Assembly (NCBI RefSeq): GCF_009914755.1
Contig: NC_060947.1
Strand: one strand, 5' to 3'
DNA: 64,000 nucleotides
DNA from: the human T2T-CHM13v2.0 reference genome, Homo sapiens
Positions 47,326 to 64,000 of this stretch are shown piece by piece (position 1 is the stretch's first letter; each line of letters opens with the position of its first letter). The notes under the pieces are model-generated. The model was not told the origin of the DNA, did not search any database, and saw only the letters and a program-made list of their open reading frames with translations. Position numbers and translations under genes: made by a program.

Positions 47326-48179
47326 TAAAAGTTATTTTAATGATGTCTGTTTATGGTTGAAAATATCTTTATTATACCCTCATTCATAAAAGTTTATTTG
47401 CTGGGTGTAAAATTCCAGGTTGACAGTTATTTCTCTTGCCACTTCAAAGGACCTATTTCATTGTGTTACAGCTACCATTATTGGAATGTCTTCTTGTCTT
47501 TGATATTCTGACATTTTATTACTATGTGTCTAAGTGTAAATTTATTTTTAATTATCCTGCTTGGAATTTCTTGGGTTTCTGCATCTGAAAATGGGTGTCT
47601 TTCACAATTTCTTTTTTCTGTTTTTTTTTTTTTTGAGACAGGGTCTCAGTCTGTCACCCAGGTTGGAGTGCGGTAGCACAATCATAGCTCACTGCAGCCT
47701 CAACCTCCCTGGGTTCAGGTGATCCTCCCACCTCAGCCTCTGGAGTAGCTGGGACTACAGGCAGGTGCCACCATGCCCTGCTAATTTTTCTATTTTTGTA
47801 GAGACAGGGTTTTGCCATGTTGCCCAGCTGGTCTTGAGCTCCTGGACTCTTCCTGCCTTGGCCTCCCAAAGTGCTGGGATTACAGGTGTGAGCCACCGTG
47901 CCTGGCCCATAATTTCTGAAACATTATCTTTTTAATATTACCTTGTCCTCTATTATCTTTCTTCCTTCCTTCTGAAACTCTAGTTGTTACGTATATTGGA
48001 CCTTCTCACACTATGCTCCATTTCTCTTAACCCCTAATTAATATTTTTTATAATTCTGTCTTTTTTGTCCTATATTGATAATTTATTTACATCTATCTTC
48101 TAATTCTCTTATTTTCTCTTCAGTTCTATCTGCTGTTTATATCATCTTTTGAATTTCTAATTTAAATTTTTTTTTTTAG

Positions 48180-48284
<105 letters not shown>

Positions 48285-49085
48285 TAAGTAGCTGGGATTA
48301 CAGGCATGTGCCACCACGCCCAGCTAAATTTTTGGACTTTTTAATAGAGACAGGGTTTTACCATGTTGGCCAAGCTGGTCTCAAACTCCTGGCCTCCTGT
48401 GATCCACCCACCTTGGACTCCCAAAGTTCTGAGATTACAGGCGTGAGTTACTGCACCTGGCCCCTTTAATTCTTTATACACTATAAATATTATTTTATAC
48501 TCTATATCTGAAAGTCTCACTATAGGATTTTGTGTGTGCTTTTTTCTGAAATTGATATTTCGGCTTATTCTTACTAATGATGGCTTGTTTCCCCATGGGT
48601 TTAGTGATTTTTTTTTAATCCTGAATTTGTAACTTTACAGCAGTTCTTTTAAGTCTGTAAAGTGCATTCCTCCAAAGAATTTGTTTGTTTTCTTCTGGTG
48701 GTTTTCTCTACCAAGGACCACTTTGAACCCTATATTTGGCATAGTGTTTATTTGGGGCCACAGAAATTCAGGTTGAGGTCTGTCCGATGCTGGTGTGAGT
48801 TTGCTTGTGCTTGGCTATTCTCGGGGAGTTTATTTCCACCACTTCCATCGGCAGGATGGGCTCTTTCCAGTTGAACTTCTTTTTTTTTTTTTTTTGAGAC
48901 AGAGTCGCAATCTGTCGCCCAGGCTGGAGTGCAGTGGCGTGAGCTCGGCTGACTGCAACCTCTGCCTCCCAGCTTCAAGCCATTCTCTTGCCTCAGCCTG
49001 CCAAGTAGCTGGCCTAATTTTTGTATTTTTAGTAGAGACAGGATTTCCTCACGTTAGCCAGGCTGGTCTTGGACTCCAGATCTCA

Positions 49086-49244
<159 letters not shown>

Positions 49245-49994
49245 TTATCTCCTGTCCCCCATAGGAATGACTCATTAAAACCTGGGGCTAGAACCATAGG
49301 AATCAGCAGATAGCTCCCGAGTAAATATGGTCTGCATCTCTCATGGATTTGTGCTTTCCTATCATTTCTGGCCTCCCAGGAATGTCCATAGTTTCTTGCC
49401 ACTACCCTACACATTAAAATATTAAAACTTTTTCTGTCTGGGCACAGTGGCTCATGCCTGTAATCCCAGCACTTTGGTTGGCCGAAGCAGATGGATCACT
49501 TGAGGTCAGGAGTTTGAGACCAGCCTGGCCAACATGGTGAAACCTCGTCTCTACTAAAAATATAAAAATTAGCCAGGTGTGATGGTGCGTGCCTGTAATC
49601 CCAGCTACTCAGGAGGGTAAGGCTGGAGAATCACTTGAACCCCAGAACTGGAGGTTGCAGTGAGCCAAGATTGTGCCACTGTGCTCCAGCCTAGGCAACA
49701 GAGTGAGACTCTGTCTCAAAAACAAAACAAAACAAAACAGAAAAACTTTTTTTTTTTGGTATTTAATGTTCTGAACCAGAAGGAGTTTCTCTGAACATCT
49801 AGTCCAACAATTTGTTGGAAACAGAAGTCCTGCTGTTAAGGTATTAGTGCATTCTTTTTCAGAAATTTTTTCTGTGCAGATATACAATCTGTATACTAAG
49901 AAAACACCATGCATACTACTTTGTAACCTATTGTTGTGTCCTTTAGCAATATATTTTGAACATCTTTTTACATTAATAAACATGTCACTGCTGT

Positions 49995-50395
49995 TGTGGG
50001 TGGGGTTGCCCAGGAAACAGACTCTGAGACAGAGATTTGTGTACACAAAATTTATTAGGGTGTGCTCTTGAGGTCAACACCTACCGAGGAAGGGAATAAA
50101 GTAGGATTAGGCAGAGGGGAAGTTAGACAATCGGTGCAGTAGCCACAAGGGCTCCAGCTCTGGAGCTGGGAGGGCCCTGCAGAGTTGTCTGGAATTGAAG
50201 AAAGAAGGCCGGGCCTTTATACTCCTGCTGGGATGCTCCCGGGAAGGGATTCGGGGTTACATTGGGCAAGGCAGCGGACTACAGCTGAGTGCAATTCCTA
50301 GAGGTAGCTCACGGAGGAAAACAGCCCACAGCACTCCAAGTGTCTGGCAGCCTTGAAGGGAGACCTGGGCAGCACGTCACAGAATCCACCACAGT
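49995..50395 (-). mobile_element. ERVL solo LTR (LTR33-like)
   Basis: cccaggaaacagactctgagacagagatttg...ctctggagctgggagggccctgcagagttgtc. Confidence 0.65.
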
Positions 50396-50711
50396 TAGGG
50401 ACACTTTTGGCTCCAAACAACAGAAAATACGACTGACCCCCTTTCCTAACAAATACTTAACTTTTCTCATTTAACATAAAGTGTGCGGTAGATGATTGCT
50501 GGCATCAACAACATCTGTCCCTTTTATTAGGAAAGTAAAAATCCTTCTCAAAAGCCCCCAGTAGACTTCTCTATACATCTCAATAACTAGAACTGGACCA
50601 CATGGCTACTCCTAGCTGTAAGAGAAGCTGGGAAAGTGGGATCAGGATTGTCCTAATTTTGTGCCTGGAGCAGTGAACTTTGCTGCCCTGAGCAATATCT
50701 GGGTGCTATTA

Positions 50712-51124
<413 letters not shown>

Positions 51125-51152
51125 TTACTAAAACAGTCCCTATATTGCTGGA

Positions 51153-53861
<2,709 letters not shown>

Positions 53862-54285
53862 CTGGACATTTTTGTTTCCAACATTTGCTATTATCCACTA
53901 TGCTGCAATAAACATCCTTGTCAGCCTATATCTGCAATTATTTCCTCAGGATAAAATGCCACATATGTAATTTCTGTGCAGAGAGAATGTACCTTTTTAA
54001 GGATTTTGATACTAATTACTGAGATGTACTTGAGAAGTCTACAAATTTGTTTCCAAGAGCAGTAAATAAAGGGGCCTATTTTCCCTTAGATCCTTGCTGA
54101 CACTGGATATTAACATTTATTTTAATCAGACTTAGATTCTAAAAAAAGTACCTTGTTTTAATTTGCAATTTTGATTACTTTTTATTCGTCATACTCATTC
54201 AATTTTGAATTATAGTCCAAAAATGGAGTTTATACAGTTTGAGCTTTTTGGAAATTATTGAGAGTCTTAGTGTCTTGCTCTTGTG

Positions 54286-55150
<865 letters not shown>

Positions 55151-55749
55151 GCCACTATTAGTGCAGCTATATAGTCTATTTTTATAATTGTTGCAAGGGC
55201 ACTAGACAAAAAAAGGTTATATTGTCTGCTGTACATGCTTCTGTCCAGGAAGCTATTAAGTAAGCCTTTTTAATCGTACTGCTAAGTGAGTCTCTATCCT
55301 TCATATTTTGGCTTTATAAATTTCAATGCCATTTTATTCAGGGTTTTTTTGATCTCAGATTGTACCAATTTAAGTGTTTTAGTCTTTCGTTTCTCTTAAT
55401 TTGGATCTGTTTTGTATATAACGTTTTTCCTATTCTCTAAGATTGATCTTTTTTTGCCACTGTTCAATTCTTTTAAATAACATATAATTGATTTTTAAAA
55501 ATGCGATCTAGAAATGTTTATTTTTAAATACAGGAGTAGGTTCCATTTATATTTATCATTATAACTACTACATTTAGTTTATTATGTTTCATCTTTTGAA
55601 TAGTATTTTTAATGCTTCTTTGCCATTTCTTTTGTTTTATACTTTTTTTCTCTTATGAGTATTTTCGTTGCTTTTATCTTCTTCATTACTACGGAGAACA
55701 TATATATTCCTTTTAGGACTAGTAAGAATGATTTTTTTTTTCTTTTTGA

Positions 55750-55908
<159 letters not shown>

Positions 55909-56270
55909 TAGTAGAGACGGGGTTTCACCATGTTAGCCAGGATGGTCTTGATCTCCTGACCTCATGATCCACTCGCCTCGGCCTCCCAAAGTGCTGGGAT
56001 TACAGGCGTGAGCCACCGCGCCCAGCCGTAAGTGTGATTTTAAGTGTTCTATGAGTCTGGGGAAGAACACGTACGAGACGTTTTGAGAGCAAGAAAGTTA
56101 TCAAAGACTACTAGGTCATGGCAAAATGACTCAAGAGCCAACTTAAACAAGTTCCCACTAACCACACTTGGGATAATTTGAGCATCAATAGAGATAATTG
56201 CAGTGGGAGCCAGGCGCAGTGGCTCACACCTGTAATCCCAGCACTTTGAGAGGCCAAGGAGGACGGATCA

Positions 56271-56540
<270 letters not shown>

Positions 56541-56704
56541 TCACATCAAGTAAGTGTGAGTCTGTGAGTTCATAATATTACCAGAAAAGAAACACTTATT
56601 GTTTACCTTTTGTAAAACAACATATTGTTTCCTTTAGATAAGTTTATGTCACTAACTCTATTTGGAAAACTGCTGAAAAAAATATTCAAGCAGAAAAACA
56701 ATAA

Positions 56705-57140
56705 TTTGTATTGTGACATATTTGTACATATTTATGGGGTAGATGTGATCTTTTGTTACAGGCATAGAATATGTAATAATCAACTCAGGGTATTTGGGGT
56801 ATCCATCACCTGAAGTATTTATCATTCTGTGTGTTGGGAACATTCCAAGTCCCCTCCTGTAGCTATTTTGAAATATACAATATACTGTTTAACTATAGTC
56901 AGCCTACTCTGCTATCAAACAGTAGAACTTATTCCTCCTATCTAATTGTATGTTTGTGCCCAATAACCAACCTCTCTTCATCCCCCGACAACTACCCCTC
57001 CCATCCTCTAGTGTCTACCATTCTACTCTCAACCTCCATGAGATTCACTTTCTTAGTTCCCACATATGAGTGAGAACATGCAACATTTGTCTTTCTGTGC
57101 CTGGCTTATTTCACTTAACATAATAACCTCCAGTTCCACA
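56705..57140 (-). mobile_element. L1MA-type 3' end
   Basis: ttgtacatatttatgggg...agctattttgaaatatacaata...cccacatatgagtgagaacatg. Confidence 0.85.
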
Positions 57141-57667
57141 AGAACAACAATAATTTTTAAAAAGCATTCTGTGGCCTATATTTCTTAAATTGTCAGAATT
57201 TAAAAAATGAAATGGTAACCTTTTAGTTCCTTCTCATTTGGCTGTGTTGAGCTCACTTTTTACTTTCCTCATTCTTTGTTAATAAAATCTTAGATTTAGA
57301 CACAGATTATTTTTAGACTTTTAAATTTGCCTTTGAAGTTTGCACGTTTCTCTCCTTTTTTTTTTTTTTTCTTGAGACAAGGTCTCATTCTATTGCCCAG
57401 ACTGCCATCTCAGCCTCCAGAGTAGCTAGGACTATAGGCGTGCACCACTACGCCCAGCTAATTTTTGTATTTTTTGTAGAGACGCGGTCTTGCCATGTTG
57501 CCCAGGCTGGTCTCGAACTGCTGGGCTCAAGTGATTCTGCAGCCCACAGCCCTTCGAGTAGCTGGGATTACAGGAGCACGCCACCACACCCGGCTTAGTT
57601 TTCTTGATTTCTTGTTATTGTGGTGTATGTTTTTACTAGATTTTTTCACGAAGTGGGCACTGATTTT

Positions 57668-57825
57668 ATATATATACACGTGTATATATATACACGTATA
57701 TATATACGTGTATATATATACGTGTATATATATACGTATATATACACGTATATATATATACGTGTATATATATACGTGTATATATATACGTATATATATA
57801 TACACACGTGTATATATATGTGTGT

Positions 57826-57860
<35 letters not shown>

Positions 57861-57872
57861 CACGTGTGTGTG

Positions 57873-57893
<21 letters not shown>
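57668..57893. repeat. Complex (TA)n/(TATACACG) microsatellite next to an Alu tail
   Basis: tatatatacacgtgtatatatatacacgtatatatatacgtg... Confidence 0.95.
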
Positions 57894-57910
<17 letters not shown>

Positions 57911-58514
57911 TGAGGCAGAGTCTCGCTCTATCGCCCAGGCTGGAGTGCAGTGGTGCGATCTCGGCTCACTGCAAGCTCCGCCTTCTGGGTTCACGCCATT
58001 CTCCTGCCTCAGCCTCCTGAGTAGTCGGGACTACAGGTGCCCGCCTCCACACCCGGCTAATTTTGTTTTTGTATTTTTAGTAGAGACGGGGTTTCACCGT
58101 GTTAGCCAGAATGGTCTCGATCTCCTCACCTCGTGATGCGCCCGCTTCGACCTCCCAAAGTGCTGGGATTACAGGCGTGAGACACCGCCCCTGGCCGATT
58201 ATATGTTTTTAAATTCTAGCATCATAGCAATTCACAGGAAGGCTCAGAAGATTAGACTGCCTGGGCTCAATCCTGACTCTTAGGTAAGTTATCTCCTTCC
58301 CTGGGTTTTGGTTTTCTCATCTATAAAATGAGGATAATTCCTGTCTTATAGAGTTGTTCAAGGAGTGAATGGCTCAATATACATATAAAGCACTTAGAGG
58401 CCGGGCGCGGTGGCTCACGCCTGTAATTCTAGCACTTTGGGAGGCCGAGGCGGGCGGATCACAAGGTCAGGAGATCGAGACCATCCTGGCTAACACGGTG
58501 AAACCCCGTCTCTA

Positions 58515-58733
<219 letters not shown>

Positions 58734-59650
58734 TTAGAACAGTGCCTGTCACATGGTGTGTGTTTAAATCCTTTTTAGCTATCCTGAAATTGTGAAAGAC
58801 AATTTGGCAGAGTGTATGAATCTTCAGTTACAATCTTTTTCTCCAGAAAGTCCAGCTGTTGCTCCATTTTCTTCTGAAAGCTAATGTTGCAGAGAATTCT
58901 GAAACCAAAGAGGCTTTGTTTCCTTAGAGCAGGGTGGTTAAGAGTCTGGGGTTGGACTGCCTTGGTATGAGTCCTGGCTCTCCCATTTACTGGATGTGTG
59001 ACCTTGGACAAGTTGATCTCTCCTGTAATGTGGGGCAACTCATAGACCCTCCCTTTCGTGGACCCTTTGCATTTGTTGGCCAAACCATCCTTCCTCCCTT
59101 TTAGTTGTTTGGGTTTTTTTCACTCCAACCTTTTGATTCAGGTGGGACTTGCATTCATAGCAGCTTCACCCCCTTGCCAATATCTCACTGAATTCTGTTG
59201 GCCACTGTGCTGGATCTAAGTGTTGAGCATGTACCCTGAAGACAACAGGAGTCCTTCTATGGGCAAACCAGGAGGGAGACTCTTTCTTCCTTCTGGGGTT
59301 CCTGAGCTAGGATTACGTGAACCTGGAGCTGCCTGGGCCTCACCTGGAAGCCTGTCTGCAGTAGGAGAGGCTCAGGCTACCACAAGAACCAACCGGAGCT
59401 GAGCAGCTGGAGAGCAGAGGCACCCCGACAACATGGGTTGAGTTCCTGCATCCAGCCAACGTCCAGGCTGGCGCCGCCACTTTATTGGGATGCTGTGTGG
59501 TTTAAATAAGAGAATTCGTGTAAAGCGCCAAGTATGTGTCAGACACAAGGCAAGTCCTCAAGAAAAGATGATCTGTCTCCTCCTGTCATAATGAGTGTAG
59601 GAGTTTTTTTCCTTGTAGTTAAAAATTGTTGGGCCTGGAGCAGTGGCTCA

Positions 59651-59997
<347 letters not shown>

Positions 59998-60459
59998 TCA
60001 GTCTGCAGATACTGATCTTTCTTAAGCTTAGGAAAATTGTTTCCAAAGCTCTTTCATGATTGCATCTCTTGGCCAGGAACGGTAACTATCTGTGTGTTGG
60101 TGCCGCATTCTCTGTTCTCCGTATCTGTCATCTCTCTCATAATTTTCTCTCTCCTCCACCTCCGAATGTGGGAATTCCTCAGGGCTTGGCCTTGGTGAAA
60201 GTATTAATTATGAGAGCAGTTGACTCCTTGTTCCACCCCAACCTTCCATCCAAGGGCCGTCCAAGGGACAGAGGAGGAATCTTAAGCCACCTCCTGCCTC
60301 GAGCCCAGCTCCTTCCCACAGGCCACCAGGGGAAATGAGTTTCTGCCTCGTCTGGGTCCCCCATTGTCTTTCTAGCAGTGGTGCTGGCAGGTGTGGGTGA
60401 TATAGGACTTGGTGACACAGACTTTCTGCAAAGCCAGTGGGAAATGCAACAGCTCTGCA

Positions 60460-60916
<457 letters not shown>

Positions 60917-61056
60917 TGATCTGCCTGCCTTGGCCTCCCAAAGTGCTGAGATTACATGCGTGAGCCACTGCACCCAGCCTCTCAAAGTCATTCTTCACAG
61001 TGAAAACCCCCAACTCCTCACCAGACCAGATCACATAATACTGTCTTTACTATTAA

Positions 61057-61303
<247 letters not shown>

Positions 61304-62259
61304 TAGCCAGGATGGTCTCGATCTCCTGACCTCGTGATCCCCCCACCTTGGCCTCCCAAAGTGCTGGGATTACAGGCGTGAGCCACTGCGCCTGGCCAAA
61401 ACTCAGAAATTCTTAAGAACAATATAATGTTATCACCAAAAAGTGAGAGCTCTGTTGCCAGGGCACTTTGACATTTACTTCATTTTCATGTGATATTTTC
61501 CCTTACTCTAATGTTATTACCATGAAGCGGGGGCTTCGTTGCCAGGGCACCTAGTAGTCATGTATGCACAATTCAGACTTCACTGAAACCTTAATTCTAC
61601 TTGGTCTCTGTTACTGGGTCCTTTGGCTTGCCTCTCCCTTGCGAGAATGCCAAGACATGACATAGTTGTGTTAACAGCTTCTGTTTTGTTGTTCTATCTT
61701 TAAGAGTCACTGATTCGAATACTTTCCTCCAAGTTTAAAAAGTTAACTCATTTTGTTTGTACCCACAAACCTTGATATATTTTCTTTCTCCCATATTGGA
61801 TCAATATTGCCCCCCCACAACAATAACAAAATATTACCGGCTAACATTGGTTACTGTACATCATTGACATGGTTAATCTCACTTCATCCTCACCAGAACT
61901 CCACGAGGTAGATGGGAATATTCCTTTTGCAGATGAGGAAACTCAGGCTGGAATAGTAAGTGGGAGTTGGCTCCTTCTCTTTAGGAGACTTTATCATTCT
62001 CATGGGAAAATATTGCTTGTACCATGATGGGTGTATGGAGAATCATTATATTATTTTACTTTTGTGTTTGACTATTTCCATAAGGAAAAAGTACATAAAA
62101 CCAAAATAAAGAAGCACTATCTGTAATAGTGGGCGACTGTCCAATGTGTCTCTCCTGTTCTGACCTATCTTCTGAGCTTCATCCAGATTTATAGATCTAG
62201 GACTTTTTCGACCTCCTCACTCTTGTACACCTCACAAGCATTGGAGGCCTAATGCACCT

Positions 62260-62633
62260 TGTATTAGTCCGTTTTCACACTGCTGATGAAGACCTACCTG
62301 AGACTGGGCAATTTACAAAAGAAAGAGGTTTAATTGGACTTACAGTTCCACGTGGCTGGGGAAGCCTCACAATCGTGGCAGAAGGCAAGGAAGACCAAGT
62401 CACGTCTTACATGGATGGCAGCAGGCAGAGAGAGAGAGAGCTTGTGCAGAAAAACTCCCCCTTATAATAACCATCAGATCTCGTGAGACTTACTATCACA
62501 AGAACAGCATGGGAAAGATATTTCCCATGGGAAACACCTGTCCCCATGATTCAATTACCTCCCACCAGATCCTTGCCTCAACGCATGGGAATTCAAGATG
62601 AGATTTGGGTGGGGACACAGCCAAACCATATCA
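62260..62633 (-). mobile_element. THE1 solo LTR
   Basis: tgtattagtccgttttcac...ggggacacagccaaaccatatca; TSD CACCT (62255-62259 / 62634-62638). Confidence 0.92.
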
Positions 62634-63144
62634 CACCTAAACCCATACTCTTGCTATTTTCTCCCCAAATTGCTCTTCTCCCCATCTTTCCCATTTTAAT
62701 TAACAGCATCATCACATGCCCTGGGCTCAAGTTGGAAATCCAGGAGTTGTTTTGGGTCTCTCATCTCTAGCACCTCCAATATCCACTCTATCACCACGTT
62801 CTGCCAGTCTTAACCTCCAGAACATGTCCTAACTCCATTCACTTCTTTTTGCGGTGTCAGCCCAAGACATCATCACTCTTCACATTGCCCTGACCCCCTC
62901 ATTGAGCTTCCCAATTCTATCCTTACCTCCCTTCAGGGACCAGATGACCTTTTAAAATATAAATTGCAGCTGGGCTTAGTGGCTCACACCTGTAATCTCA
63001 GCACTTAGAGAGGCAGGAGGGGGGTGGATCGATTGAGCCCAGCAGTTCGAGACCAGGCTGGGCAACATGGTAAAACCCATCTCTACAGAAAAATTAAAAA
63101 ATTATCCAGGCATGGTGGTATAAACCTGTAGTACCAGCTACTCA

Positions 63145-63399
<255 letters not shown>

Positions 63400-64000
63400 T
63401 TAGCTGGGCGTGGTGGTGGGCACCTGTAATCCCAGTTACTTGGGAGGTTGAGGCAGAGAGAATCGCTTGAACCCGGGAGGCGGAGGTTGCAGTGGAGCGC
63501 CATTGCACTCCAGTCTGGGCAACAGAGCAAGACTCCGTCTCAAAAAAATAAATAAAATAAATAATAAATAAATAAAATTAAAGTATAAATTGCATCAGTC
63601 ACCTATTAGTTAGAACCCTTCAATGCCTTCCCACTTGCCTTAGAATAAAATACACACTCCTCATGGCCCCTTATGTGACCCTGGGTGTTCTGGCCTTAGT
63701 TCCTCTCCCATCTCATCTTCCATCACATTCTCTGCATTCCTTACCTCAACCAGATGCCCTGGTTCTCTTTCAGTCTCTTGGCTGCCCCAAGATTTTTTGA
63801 GACAGGGTCTTGCTCTGTCACCCAGGCTGGAGTGCCAAGGTGCCATCTCAGCTTACTGCAGCCTCGATCTCCTGGGCTCAAGGGATTTTCCCCACCTCAA
63901 CTCCTGAGTAGCTGGGACTACAAGCACGCCACCACGCCCAGCTAATTTTTTGTATTTTTAGTAGAGATGGGGGTTTCACCATGTTGGCCAGGCTGGTCTC

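Noticed and set aside
57495-58136. Longest ORF (213 aa, Y/I/T-rich)
   Set aside because: Microsatellite plus Alu translation.

Overview
This is human-type genomic DNA, not prokaryotic, very rich in Alu and other repeats. From the translated exons I recognise the 3' part of CXorf58 (Xp22.11, + strand): six phase-compatible coding exons at 1379-24985 and a polyA signal at 25167. About 39 kb of repeat-rich intergenic DNA follows (Alu, L1, HAL1, MaLR/THE1, ERVL LTRs, Tigger, MER). Almost all ORF-track entries derive from Alu, L1, Tigger or THE1. The main unexplained signal is on the minus strand at about 36.8-43.4 kb. It is a chain of exon-like segments with mostly canonical GT-AG boundaries and compatible phases that splice into a stop- and frameshift-damaged protein I cannot name. 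It is a candidate unannotated unitary pseudogene, convergent with CXorf58. Other observations: a frameshifted relic C-terminus in the CXorf58 3'UTR, several atypical retrotransposition products (3'-truncated L1 with TSD, 19-nt micro-retrocopy, 3' and 5' transductions) and Alu-Alu gene conversion. Gene and repeat names come from recognition by eye; no database search was run, and repeat boundaries are approximate.
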